The notes under the pieces are model-generated. The model saw only the letters and a program-made list of their open reading frames with translations, did not search any database and was not told the origin of the DNA. Shown in pieces: positions 9,915-18,504 of a DNA stretch of 45,906 nucleotides. Every line of letters begins with the position of its first letter. Positions within the stretch are counted from its first letter, which is position 1. The DNA lies in the sequence record DRR723986_623; one strand, 5' to 3'. A program made the translations under genes and the position numbers.

Positions 9915-10540
9915 ACCACCTCAAGCACGACAAGCTCGCAATAGACGTCTTCCTTGGTGTGATAGGGACAGTGGCTGATCTCCAGCGTCCTTGTTTTGCC
10001 GTCCTGTTCCAGCTGTTCGACCTTGGGCTTGAAGCCGTCGGCCTCCCAGGCGCTATCGCGTACTGTCAGGACGATGGGAGCACCCGGTTTGGCGATGCGC
10101 AGCAGTTCGTCGATCCCTTCCGGACCCACATGGCCATTCGTGAAAACGCCAGCGCTGACGATGCCGTCATAAATGTTGTCGTCAATGCCAGAGAGCGAGC
10201 CCATCATGTCGGCTTGGGAAAGATTGCGGTAGGTCCCCCGACTGCGCGAATGCTCCAGCATCGCCGGTGTCAGGTCTATGCCGTCAATGGTCAGCGCTGC
10301 ATTGCGACTGATCAGCTCGCTCCCGACGAGGCCGGTCCCACAGCCTGCGTCCAGAACCAACGCCGTTTTGGGCAGGTGTTTGACCAGTGCTTCCGCTGCA
10401 ATCCTGGGGCCGACATACCCTATGGTCTGAAGCAGATCGGCATCGTAGGTCTCCGCCCAGTCCGCGTAGAACTTGCGAATGGCATCGGGATCACCGCTGA
10501 GAGAAATCGCCTGTTTCAGAAGTGGGTTTTCATCTGTCAT
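9911..10540 (-). CDS. Class I SAM-dependent methyltransferase
   Basis: YADWAETYD and VLDAGCGTG motifs; AGGAG RBS before ATG 10540. Confidence 0.88.
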   Translation of the reverse strand: MTDENPLLKQAISLSGDPDAIRKFYADWAETYDADLLQTIGYVGPRIAAEALVKHLPKTALVLDAGCGTGLVGSELISRNAALTIDGIDLTPAMLEHSRSRGTYRNLSQADMMGSLSGIDDNIYDGIVSAGVFTNGHVGPEGIDELLRIAKPGAPIVLTVRDSAWEADGFKPKVEQLEQDGKTRTLEISHCPYHTKEDVYCELVVLEVV

Positions 10541-10723
10541 GGGATTGCTCCTGTCCGGTCTTAATCCTGTTGAGATTAGGCGAGGGCAGGAGCGATATGC
10601 AAATGAGCGCTCTCGGACAGGCAAATCATTGCTCGATTAACCTGCGAAGCGTTTCGCGACCTCCCACATACCGATGATGACAGACAGTGGAAGGCCGCAA
10701 AGTGGTTTGGTTCCGCCGGTTCC

Positions 10724-11497
10724 TCAGGCTTTCGCCTTCTTCTTCGGGCGCAGCACATGCACGTGGTCGGCGTCGTAGAGGGCGCTGTCGCGGAAATCAG
10801 CTGCAGGCTTCAAGGCATGGCCGACGAAGATCAGCGCGGTGCGGGTGATCTTGGAGGCACGCACTTCTGCGGCAATGGTCGACAATGTGCCGTGAATGAA
10901 GGCCTCATCCGGCCAACCGACGCGGTAGGCGACAATCACCGGGCAGTCGGCACCGTAATGCGGCGTCAACTGGCGTTCGACTTCCCGCAGGTTCCTGATC
11001 GACAGGTGAATTGCCAGGGTCGCCCCGCTCTTGCCGAGCGTGTCCAGGTCCTCGTTGTTCGGCATCGCCGAGGATTTCATTGCTGTGCGGGTGACAATGA
11101 TGGTCTGGGCAACTTCCGGGATGGTCAGCTCGGTCTTGAGTGCAGCGGCCGCGGCCGCGAAGGCCGGCACGCCCGGGGTTACATCATAATCGATGCCGAG
11201 TGCGTCCAGACGGCGCATCTGCTCCGCCGTTGCACCGTAAATGGAAGGGTCGCCGGAATGAACCCGGGCAACGTTCTGGCCCTTTTCATGGGCAGCCTTG
11301 ATCTCGTCGATGATCTCGTCAAGCGTCATCGGGGCCGTGTCTATGACGCGTGCACCTTCCGGTGCAGCGGCAACGATCTGTTCAGGCACCAGCGAGCCCG
11401 CGAAAAGGCAGACCGGGCAGGATTGGATGAGCTTCAGGCCACGAACGGTGATGAGATCGGGATCGCCAGGTCCGGCGCCAATGAAATGAACGGTCAT
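10724..11497 (-). CDS. cobM: Precorrin-4 C11-methyltransferase
   Basis: MTVHFIGAGPGDPDLITVRG, RVHSGDPSIYGA and LAIHLS motifs. Confidence 0.95.
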   Translation of the reverse strand: MTVHFIGAGPGDPDLITVRGLKLIQSCPVCLFAGSLVPEQIVAAAPEGARVIDTAPMTLDEIIDEIKAAHEKGQNVARVHSGDPSIYGATAEQMRRLDALGIDYDVTPGVPAFAAAAAALKTELTIPEVAQTIIVTRTAMKSSAMPNNEDLDTLGKSGATLAIHLSIRNLREVERQLTPHYGADCPVIVAYRVGWPDEAFIHGTLSTIAAEVRASKITRTALIFVGHALKPAADFRDSALYDADHVHVLRPKKKAKA

Positions 11498-13416
11498 GAT
11501 TTGTCATCCGTTTCGAGAATGTCGGAAATGTCGGTCGTCACGTCTGCCATCAGGGACGAAGGCGCGGCTTCAGTGGCAACTGGTGCTGCTTCCACCGGCT
11601 TTGGTGCGTCGATCCGCTTGGCATAACCGCGCGGCGTATAGACGAAAGGTTTCCCGTCACCGCGCATGACGGTGCGGGTGTTGGTCGAACCGACCAGCAC
11701 AGTGGTCAGCATGTCGACATCGTCGACGCTGAGCGCATGCAGACTGGTGACGCGGATGGTTTCCTCCGGCCGGCCAAGATTGACGCCGAGAATGACCGGT
11801 GTCGCTGCCGAGCGGTGCTCCAGCAGGATTTCCTTTGCGGCTGCAAGCTGCGTGCGGCGGCGTTTGGACACCGGGTTGTAGAAGGCAATCACGAAGTCGC
11901 CCTCGGCTGCTGCCCTCAGACGCCTTTCGATCACCTCCCAAGGGGTGAGGAGATCGGACAGCGAGATCGCGCAGAAATCATGGCCAAGCGGCGCGCCGAT
12001 ACGGGCCGAGCAAGCCTGAAGGGCGGAAATGCCCGGCGCGTTTGTGACGCTGACCCGCTTGGCGGCATCCGACACACCGCCATACTCCTCATTCCTGTGC
12101 AACAGTTCATAGACCAGCGAACCCATGGCGTAGATGCCGGCATCACCGGAGGAAATCAGCGCGACATTCTTGCCCTTGCCAGCTTCTTCCAGCGCAAAGC
12201 GGACGCGATCCTCTTCCGCGCCAAGCGGGAAGTTGTGGTGGGTCTTGCCGGTAATGTGCTGGTCAACAATGTCGAGATAAAGCGAGTAGCCGACAACGTC
12301 GGTTGCTTCCGCCAGAAGCTTGGTGGCCTCCGGTGTGCGCCAGTCGTCCTTGCCCGGACCGATACCGATAACGGACAGATGTCCGCGAGCCCGACCGACC
12401 GTGTCGGTGTCAATCCACTTCGGTGACCGTGCAATGGCGCAAGTTGCGTTTTCGGTTTTCTGCTTTTCGACCTTCAGCGTTCCAAAGGCGCCGGACGCGG
12501 CCAGGGCAGCCCCTTCAGACACTCCGTAACAGCCGACTTCCTTGAAGACGACGGGCGACGGGTTTTTCAGGCGCGGGGTCTCGCGTTGCAGGTCTTCTGC
12601 GGAAAAGACCCGAAGCGGCACATCCAAGTGCGCGGCGAGAGCATTGACAGCGGCCTCATCTGCCTTGAGGTCGATGGTCGCGATGCAGGCAACAGCGCCC
12701 TTGGCAATGTTGGCGCCCACCAGTTCGGTCTCGACCAGTTCGATCAGTTCGGCCGCATCGCACCCGCGCGCGCAGCCGACGCCAACAGCATAGCGCTGCG
12801 GGTGGTAGACCAGACGGGTCGGGCCTGCTTCTTCCGGATGTTCGGTTGCCGAAAGCGTGATGGCGGCGTCGTCTGCCTGCTGCAGCTTGGCCTCTTTCAG
12901 CCAGTCCGCGCGGCCTTCCAGGCGGACGGGAGCGCCGGAGAGCAGCTCGGCCATGACCGGTTTTGCATCTTCCGGATTGGCGAGACGCCAGCCGCGGGGC
13001 GGGGCGTCGAGCGCAACACCAAGCTTGGTGTCCCCAGCCGTCGTGATCGCCGCATGCCCACCGAGAGCGCTGGCCAGAAGCTTGGCCAGTTCGTTGGCGC
13101 CGCGATGACCACCGAGCAGCGGAACGACACTCTTGCCGTCTTCCGACACGGCGATCACCGGCGGTTCGCTTGTCTTGTCGGACAGGACCGGTGCAAGCGC
13201 ACGGATCAGAATGCCACTGGCGCAGAAGCCGACGATCGGATGACCGGCCTGAAACAACAGGCGGATATGGTCGATCGTTTCGTTGAACTGGGTGTCCGCT
13301 GTCGGCACACGGCCGGCAAGCCCGTGGATGCGGGCGGTTGAAAACCGTCTGGCGATCACTTCGGCAGCGGCAAGGCCAGCCTGGTTCAGGACGAGTAGGA
13401 TGGGGGAAGCGTCCAC
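11494..13416 (-). CDS. cobJ: CbiG-CobJ fusion (cobalt-precorrin-5A hydrolase-like domains plus precorrin-3B C17-methyltransferase)
   Basis: N-terminal PLLGGHRGAN and GVGCARG...GVSEGAAL (CbiG); C-terminal GIGPG, SSGDAGIYAM, GHDFCAISLSDLLTPW and TPRGY (CobJ). Confidence 0.93.
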   Translation of the reverse strand: MDASPILLVLNQAGLAAAEVIARRFSTARIHGLAGRVPTADTQFNETIDHIRLLFQAGHPIVGFCASGILIRALAPVLSDKTSEPPVIAVSEDGKSVVPLLGGHRGANELAKLLASALGGHAAITTAGDTKLGVALDAPPRGWRLANPEDAKPVMAELLSGAPVRLEGRADWLKEAKLQQADDAAITLSATEHPEEAGPTRLVYHPQRYAVGVGCARGCDAAELIELVETELVGANIAKGAVACIATIDLKADEAAVNALAAHLDVPLRVFSAEDLQRETPRLKNPSPVVFKEVGCYGVSEGAALAASGAFGTLKVEKQKTENATCAIARSPKWIDTDTVGRARGHLSVIGIGPGKDDWRTPEATKLLAEATDVVGYSLYLDIVDQHITGKTHHNFPLGAEEDRVRFALEEAGKGKNVALISSGDAGIYAMGSLVYELLHRNEEYGGVSDAAKRVSVTNAPGISALQACSARIGAPLGHDFCAISLSDLLTPWEVIERRLRAAAEGDFVIAFYNPVSKRRRTQLAAAKEILLEHRSAATPVILGVNLGRPEETIRVTSLHALSVDDVDMLTTVLVGSTNTRTVMRGDGKPFVYTPRGYAKRIDAPKPVEAAPVATEAAPSSLMADVTTDISDILETDDKS

Positions 13417-14111
13417 GCTTCTTCTCCCTTGTAGATGAGGATCATGGAAAAATAGGGGGCGGTGTTGGTCTTAAGGTCGATGAGCCGATGAACCTTCTGC
13501 TCCGGCAGGCTGGCACGTTCCACGTAGCCGGCCTTTTCCAGCAGCCCCATGTCGGAAAGCAAGGTCTTCAGCCGTGTCAGGTGACGGCCGACCTTCATGA
13601 TGGCAACCGCCTGGGCTTCTTCGATCTTGCGGCGGATGTCCGCGTCCGGAAGCGGGCCAGGAATGACGGTTAGTACATCGTTTCGTGCCGTCAGCGGTCG
13701 TCTCAACTGAGCGGCGCAGGCTGTCAGCGAGGTGACCCCGGGCACGATTTCTATCGTGAAACGGTCGGACAGGCGCTCGAACAGATACATGAACGAACCG
13801 AAGAAGAATGGATCTCCTTCACACAAGGTCACGACATCCTCACCGTTTGCCAAAACGGCGGCTATCTCTTCGGCGGCCTTGTCGTAGATCTCCTGTGCCG
13901 GGAACCTGTCGACTCGCATCGGCACGACAATCGGAATTTCCCGCACGCCGACAGGGATCACATCAGAGGCGATTGACCGGGCAAAGCTTTCACCGGAATC
14001 GGGAGCGGGGTAGGCAATTACCCGTGCGCTTGCGATCAGCCTGTGCGCCTTCAGGGTCATCAGCTCCGGATCGCCCGGGCCAAGACCTATGCCATAGAGT
14101 GTGCCCGTCAT
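13386..14111 (-). CDS. cobI: Precorrin-2 C20-methyltransferase
   Basis: MTGTLYGIGLGPGDPELMTLKA, EGDPFFFGSF and APYFS motifs; ATGA overlap with cobL. Confidence 0.95.
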   Translation of the reverse strand: MTGTLYGIGLGPGDPELMTLKAHRLIASARVIAYPAPDSGESFARSIASDVIPVGVREIPIVVPMRVDRFPAQEIYDKAAEEIAAVLANGEDVVTLCEGDPFFFGSFMYLFERLSDRFTIEIVPGVTSLTACAAQLRRPLTARNDVLTVIPGPLPDADIRRKIEEAQAVAIMKVGRHLTRLKTLLSDMGLLEKAGYVERASLPEQKVHRLIDLKTNTAPYFSMILIYKGEEAWTLPPSYSS

Positions 14112-15322
14112 GATTTCGTCAGGCTCCACTGCGTCACGGGCATCAAGGGACGCCATCCGGTCAAGCCGCCGACGGCGCTTGCCCGGTGAACGGAAACTTT
14201 CTTCAAAGTGCCTCCATGAGACTGATAGGCGGAGAGAAGTATGGCCTCGCTCTCCAGGGTCACTGCATTGGCGACAAGCCGCCCCCCTGGGCCTAGCGCT
14301 GCAAGACAGGCCTCGATCACACCGGAGGCTGTCAGGCCGCCGCCAATGAAGATCGCGTCCGGCTGTGGCAGATCGTGGAGGCCTTCCGGAGCGGTCGCGT
14401 CCAACAGTTCCAGATGTGGGACGCCAAGCGCGACAGCGTTTTCAGCCGCCATTTGCCGCCGTTCCACATGCGGTTCCAGGCCGATGGCCCGGGTTCGATC
14501 GGCTGCCCGCAACCATTCGATGGCAATCGAACCGCAGCCTGCACCGACATCCCACAAGAGTGCGCCTGGGTGAGGCTTCAACTCCGCCAGGGTAATGGCG
14601 CGGATGTCCTGCTTGGTCATCTTGCCGTCGTGGCGAAAGGCATCATCGGCAAGGCCGGGTGTCCGCGCACGGAACCGCACACCGGGGTCGGCAATCACTT
14701 CCAGAGCAAGTGTGTGAAAATCGGCAACCTCGGCCGACCAGTCTTCTGCGGTACCTGCAACGCACCTTTCCCTGGTGCCGCCGAGATGCTCCAGAACCGT
14801 CATCCGACTGCGCCCATAACCTTCGTCGGCCAGGAGGTCAGCCACCTGGCGGGGAGTTTCCGCATTGCTGGTTAGACACAGGATCCGGGCGCCCGGGTAA
14901 AGCGATGCCCGCAACAGATCGACTGGTCGACCATGAACCGACAGGCAGTCGGTTTCCTGCAAGGCCCACCCCATTCGTGCGGCAGCCAGCTGGAAGGCGG
15001 ACGGCGAGGGCAGAACCATCAGCTCGTGCGCAGGGAAATGCTTCAGCAAGGATGAGCCGATGCCGAACCACATGGGATCTCCTGTCGCCAAGACAGCGAC
15101 GCGCTTCTGCCTGAGCGCTGCCAGATCTTCGAAGACGGTTGCAAAGGGGCTGGGCCATGTCCGCTTCTCGGCAGTGATTCCGCCCGTCAGCTCCAGGTGT
15201 CGGTTGCCGCCATAAACGATATCTGCACCTGCCAGGGCTTCTGCACCACCCGGAGCCAGAACACCGTCCTCGCCCAGGCCAACGAGCGTCAACCACGGGC
15301 GCTTGTCTGTCGAGGAAGTCAT
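14108..15322 (-). CDS. cobL: Precorrin-6B C5,15-methyltransferase (decarboxylating), CbiE-CbiT type
   Basis: GLGEDG, ATGDPMWFGIG, LSVHGRP, HDGKMTK, WDVGAGCGSI and GWRP motifs. Confidence 0.95.
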   Translation of the reverse strand: MTSSTDKRPWLTLVGLGEDGVLAPGGAEALAGADIVYGGNRHLELTGGITAEKRTWPSPFATVFEDLAALRQKRVAVLATGDPMWFGIGSSLLKHFPAHELMVLPSPSAFQLAAARMGWALQETDCLSVHGRPVDLLRASLYPGARILCLTSNAETPRQVADLLADEGYGRSRMTVLEHLGGTRERCVAGTAEDWSAEVADFHTLALEVIADPGVRFRARTPGLADDAFRHDGKMTKQDIRAITLAELKPHPGALLWDVGAGCGSIAIEWLRAADRTRAIGLEPHVERRQMAAENAVALGVPHLELLDATAPEGLHDLPQPDAIFIGGGLTASGVIEACLAALGPGGRLVANAVTLESEAILLSAYQSHGGTLKKVSVHRASAVGGLTGWRPLMPVTQWSLTKS

Positions 15323-15573
15323 TTGTCCTCCAGACGATAAGGTTTGATCACCGGTTTTACCGACAGGTCCTGAGGCGTGCCGCTACTGTTTGGCGATACC
15401 TGCCGGGCACCCCGTGACCGGTGATGGACCGGCGGGTCACCACTGCCGTCCTCAGGCGTCTTGACCGAACCACCCGGCTGGGACAGGAAACCGCGTGACC
15501 GCAGAGGCTTTTTGCTGCGAACGGATTTCAATCCGGTTGGTTTTTCGTCGTCTTTCGGCGGACCTCCGGCCAT
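15319..15573 (-). CDS. Small basic, low-complexity hypothetical protein (84 aa) inside the cob operon
   Basis: GGAGG RBS inside the cobH 3' end, ATG 1 nt after the cobH stop, ATGA overlap with cobL; fills the gap exactly. Confidence 0.6.
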   Translation of the reverse strand: MAGGPPKDDEKPTGLKSVRSKKPLRSRGFLSQPGGSVKTPEDGSGDPPVHHRSRGARQVSPNSSGTPQDLSVKPVIKPYRLEDK

Positions 15574-15574
15574 C

Positions 15575-16231
15575 TCACGTTTCCTCCGGCAGGCCGGCGG
15601 CAAGAGCGTTGACTGCGGCAGCAGCCATGGCCGATCCACCCCTGCGGCCGCGAACAGCCAGGAAGGGAACCTTGAACGGATTGGAGATCAGAGCCTCCTT
15701 GGATTCTGCGGCGCCCACAAACCCGACCGGAAACCCCAGAACCAGCGCCGGTTTCGGTCCGCCGGCGGCAATCATTTCAAGCAGATGGAAGAGGGCCGTC
15801 GGCGCATTGCCAACGGCAACGACAGCGCCGTCCAGCCTGTCGCGCCAGAGCTCCACCGCGGCAGCCGAGCGGGTCGTGCCGAGCTCTTTGGCAAGGGTCG
15901 GAACCGCGGGATCGTTCAAGGTGCAAACCACGTCGCAGTCAGCTGGAAGTCGTGAGCGAATGACGCCATGCACCACCATCTCCACATCGCAAAAGACGGG
16001 TGCGGCCCGCGCGAAGGCATCCTGCGCGGCAGACAGGATATCCTCCGACCAGGCAAGATCCTGCGGAAGGTCTGTCATGCCGCAGGCGTGGATCAGACGC
16101 ACCGCGACCGGTTTCAGCCCGTCGGGTAGATGAGACAGTTCTGCTTCCGACCGCACGATTGAAAAGGACTGGCGGTAAATCGCCGCCGGGTCCTTTTCAT
16201 AGTCGTAGGACGGCATGGATTCGGTGCTCAC
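15575..16231 (-). CDS. cobH: Precorrin-8X methylmutase
   Basis: IYRQSF, RLIHACG, TTRSAAA, GNAPTAL, PVGFVGAAESK and GRRGGSAMAAAAVNAL motifs. Confidence 0.96.
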   Translation of the reverse strand: MSTESMPSYDYEKDPAAIYRQSFSIVRSEAELSHLPDGLKPVAVRLIHACGMTDLPQDLAWSEDILSAAQDAFARAAPVFCDVEMVVHGVIRSRLPADCDVVCTLNDPAVPTLAKELGTTRSAAAVELWRDRLDGAVVAVGNAPTALFHLLEMIAAGGPKPALVLGFPVGFVGAAESKEALISNPFKVPFLAVRGRRGGSAMAAAAVNALAAGLPEET

Positions 16232-16238
16232 GGCAGCC

Positions 16239-17402
16239 TCAGTCTCCGCGGTTCAACGACCGGGGGCCGTGCGGATGGTCTGCGTGCGGGTAGGGGTGGT
16301 GGTGATGATCGTGATCATGCCCGTGCCCGTGGCTATGCCCATGCCCATGCCCATGCTCGTGCGAATGATCATGAGAGTGGCCATGATGATGCGCGTGATC
16401 ATGCCCATGGTCATCGGAATGATCGTGATGATGATGACCATGGTCGTGGTGATGATGACCACCCGCCTGCACCTGCTTTTCGCAGGCTCCGGTGCAGATC
16501 TCGTCACACAGCTTGCATTCTGCTTCCGCGCCGAGGCCTTCCACGTGATGGTGGTGGCTTTCCTGGGCCAGACCCACTTCGGCTTCGAAGCCAAGGACCT
16601 GTTCGCGATACTTGCACATCTGGCAGTTCATCAGATTGGCGCCCTGCAGGATCTCCTGCACCCGATCGGCCATCGTGTCGATCACCTGCGGGTGGTCGTT
16701 CAGATAACCGGCTTTCAGGAATTCGATTTCCGGATGTTTGGCGGCAACTTCGTCCGTGGTCGAATAGATCCGCTGCACCAGTACGCCGGTGAACAGGAAA
16801 TAGGGGAACACGATGACGCGCTTGTAGCCGAGCTTTGCCGCATGTTCGAGACCGGGTCCGACCAGGGGGAACGTGACGCCGGAGTAGCAGGTTTCCGCCC
16901 AGCCGAAACCGAAGCCTTCCCAAAGCATGCGGGTAATCTTGGAGACGTTGGAGTTCGCGTCCGGATCGGAAGCACCGCGCCCGACCACCATCAGCAGGGT
17001 CTCGTGCAGCGGCACATCGCTGTCGGCAGCGTCGATCGCTTCCTGAACACGGGCAGCGGCGGCTTTCACCATGCGTGTGTCGACGGCCAGTTCGCGGCCA
17101 TAGGAGATCGTCATCTCCGGATGCATGGCCTGATAGGTGTTGAGGACCGAGGGAATGTCGTTCTTGGCGTGACCAGCGGCAAACAGCATGCCCGGCACGG
17201 CCAGAACGCGGGTGCAGCCGGCCTCGCGCAGCTTGTTCAATCCGTCATGAATGACAGGGTTGGCGAATTCCAGATATCCGTATTCCACCGGCCAATCGGG
17301 GAAGCGGGCCGTCAGGCCTTCCGCCAGCTGTGCAAATTGCTTTACGGCACCCTTGTTGCGGCTGCCATGGCCGCAGATCATCAGTCCGAGTTTTTCGCTC
17401 AT
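16239..17402 (-). CDS. cbiX: Sirohydrochlorin cobaltochelatase, long form with Cys motifs and His-rich tail
   Basis: GHGSR, LEFANP, AAGHAKNDIP, GRGASDPDAN, PYFLFTG and MNCQMCKYR motifs; His-rich C-terminus. Confidence 0.92.
   Translation of the reverse strand: MSEKLGLMICGHGSRNKGAVKQFAQLAEGLTARFPDWPVEYGYLEFANPVIHDGLNKLREAGCTRVLAVPGMLFAAGHAKNDIPSVLNTYQAMHPEMTISYGRELAVDTRMVKAAAARVQEAIDAADSDVPLHETLLMVVGRGASDPDANSNVSKITRMLWEGFGFGWAETCYSGVTFPLVGPGLEHAAKLGYKRVIVFPYFLFTGVLVQRIYSTTDEVAAKHPEIEFLKAGYLNDHPQVIDTMADRVQEILQGANLMNCQMCKYREQVLGFEAEVGLAQESHHHHVEGLGAEAECKLCDEICTGACEKQVQAGGHHHHDHGHHHHDHSDDHGHDHAHHHGHSHDHSHEHGHGHGHSHGHGHDHDHHHHPYPHADHPHGPRSLNRGD
16269..16457 (-). repeat. Low-complexity His-rich coding repeat ((HG/HD/HS)n) in the cbiX tail
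   Basis: Encodes HHHHDHGHHHHDHSDDHGHDHAHHHGHSHDHSHEHGHGHGHSHGHGHDHDHHHHPYPHADHPH; ATGCCC hexamer repeats on the + strand. Confidence 0.9.
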
Positions 17403-17638
17403 TGAGCAGCTTCTCCGGCAGTCTCGTCGTCTTCCGGACGGGCTTCAGGCGCGTCTTCGGCTTTTTTCTGCTTCTTGTCTTTGAGGGCGATGATGCCGGC
17501 GACGAGCGCGGCACCGGCAAGGGCTGCGACACCGACCCAGTGGGAATGACCGGCGAGTTCGCCAAGATGGCCCCCATGGGCGACGGCGGAGGTAGGCAGC
17601 GCGGCAGCAAGGCCTGCAAGGATGGTCCGTCTGATCAT
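17399..17638 (-). CDS. Small membrane protein with signal peptide, HGGHLGELAGHSH motif, TM helix and charged tail (DUF6732-like)
   Basis: GGGGAG RBS, ATGA coupling to cbiX; resembles small proteins that lead alphaproteobacterial cob operons. Confidence 0.75.
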   Translation of the reverse strand: MIRRTILAGLAAALPTSAVAHGGHLGELAGHSHWVGVAALAGAALVAGIIALKDKKQKKAEDAPEARPEDDETAGEAAQ

Positions 17639-17639
17639 G

Positions 17640-17832
17640 TCTCTCCCCAGTGGCTGATGCCGGATCGGCAGCGTGGCAACAGGCGTCGGGAAGAATGAAA
17701 GCAAACACGCGCAAAAGCCGGCGGAGCCGGTTGATCTGCAGATGCCTTGGACAGCTCCGGCCTTGGTCCCCTGCTTGGGTCAACCTCATCCGGAATGGCT
17801 TTCAGTCCCTCCACGGGACGCCGTCAGGTTGG
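17640..17832 (-). ncRNA. Structured 5' leader of the cob operon resembling a variant or degenerate cobalamin riboswitch
   Basis: Contains GACGGcGTCCC-gtgga-GGGACTGAAA, CCGGAGCTGTCCaagGCATCTGCAG and GCCACTGGGGA, but no AGGGAA and no B12 box. Confidence 0.45.
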
Positions 17833-17835
17833 CGC

Positions 17836-17864
17836 ACCTTAGGGGAGTGGCCATAGCGGATCAA
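17836..17864 (-). promoter_or_regulatory. Putative sigma70 promoter of the cbiX-cobM operon
   Basis: TTGATC-N17-TAAGGT immediately upstream of the structured leader. Confidence 0.5.
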
Positions 17865-18044
17865 GCATGAAAGCGACATCCATTGGCACGAGGCAGCCAT
17901 GGCCTGAAACCGGCAATCGTTGCGTCTTGCGGCTCCCTGAAAAGAACCGGTTTGTCTTTGTCATCCCTTTGGATTAGTGATCAACCAGTCTCGATTCGGG
18001 GTAAGTGGGGCGTGGAAAACTTCCGGCGAAAACATCCGGACCTT

Positions 18045-18419
18045 ATGGCGGCAGCCAAACTACTGCTTCTGCTGCCGTTTCTGGTCACAGCGCTTGTGCC
18101 CAAGGGGTACATGCCGGACGTGCGCGCGGATGGCGGTTTTACCGTCACGCTGTGCACCACCGAGGGCCTTCGCACTGTTACGCTGGATGCTAACGGTGCA
18201 GAAATTCCGCCGGGTTCCGACGAGGATAGCCCTGCGGAAAAGGCCTCCCGCCATTGCGTCTTTGCCGGTGTCGGTGCGTTTGCTGCGCCTGACAGGGTGC
18301 CTTTCCTTTTCGTGCAGGAAGAGATCTCCCGCCAACCGGTTTCTCTACCTGCAAAGGTCTGCGCTTCCAGCACTCCGCGCGGCCGCAACTTTGCCCGCGC
18401 ACCGCCGCTCAACACGTGA
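18045..18419 (+). CDS. DUF2946-like leader protein with C-terminal RAPP motif
   Basis: Hydrophobic N-terminus, PKGYMP, VTLCT, HCVF and a C-terminal ARAPP; alternative GTG start at 18012. Confidence 0.8.
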   Translation: MAAAKLLLLLPFLVTALVPKGYMPDVRADGGFTVTLCTTEGLRTVTLDANGAEIPPGSDEDSPAEKASRHCVFAGVGAFAAPDRVPFLFVQEEISRQPVSLPAKVCASSTPRGRNFARAPPLNT

Positions 18420-18450
18420 TCTTTCCGAACCTTATCTGAATTCGTTTTGA

Positions 18451-18493
18451 ACCCGAGGTCTGTCCGGCTTTTGCCGAACGGACGCACTCGGGT
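18451..18493 (+). promoter_or_regulatory. Stem-loop immediately 5' of the PepSY gene SD
   Basis: ACCCGAG/CTCGGGT outer stem with inner GTCCG/CGGAC and GGC-TTTT-GCC pairings; SD GGAGA at 18496-18500. Confidence 0.55.
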
Positions 18494-18504
18494 GTGGAGA
18501 TCCC

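Noticed and set aside
16215-17405. 396-aa + strand ORF, and similar long antisense ORFs (9593-10564, 10757-11626, 41308-42273, 43608-44531)
   Set aside because: Shadow frames of well-supported GC-rich genes; no recognisable motifs
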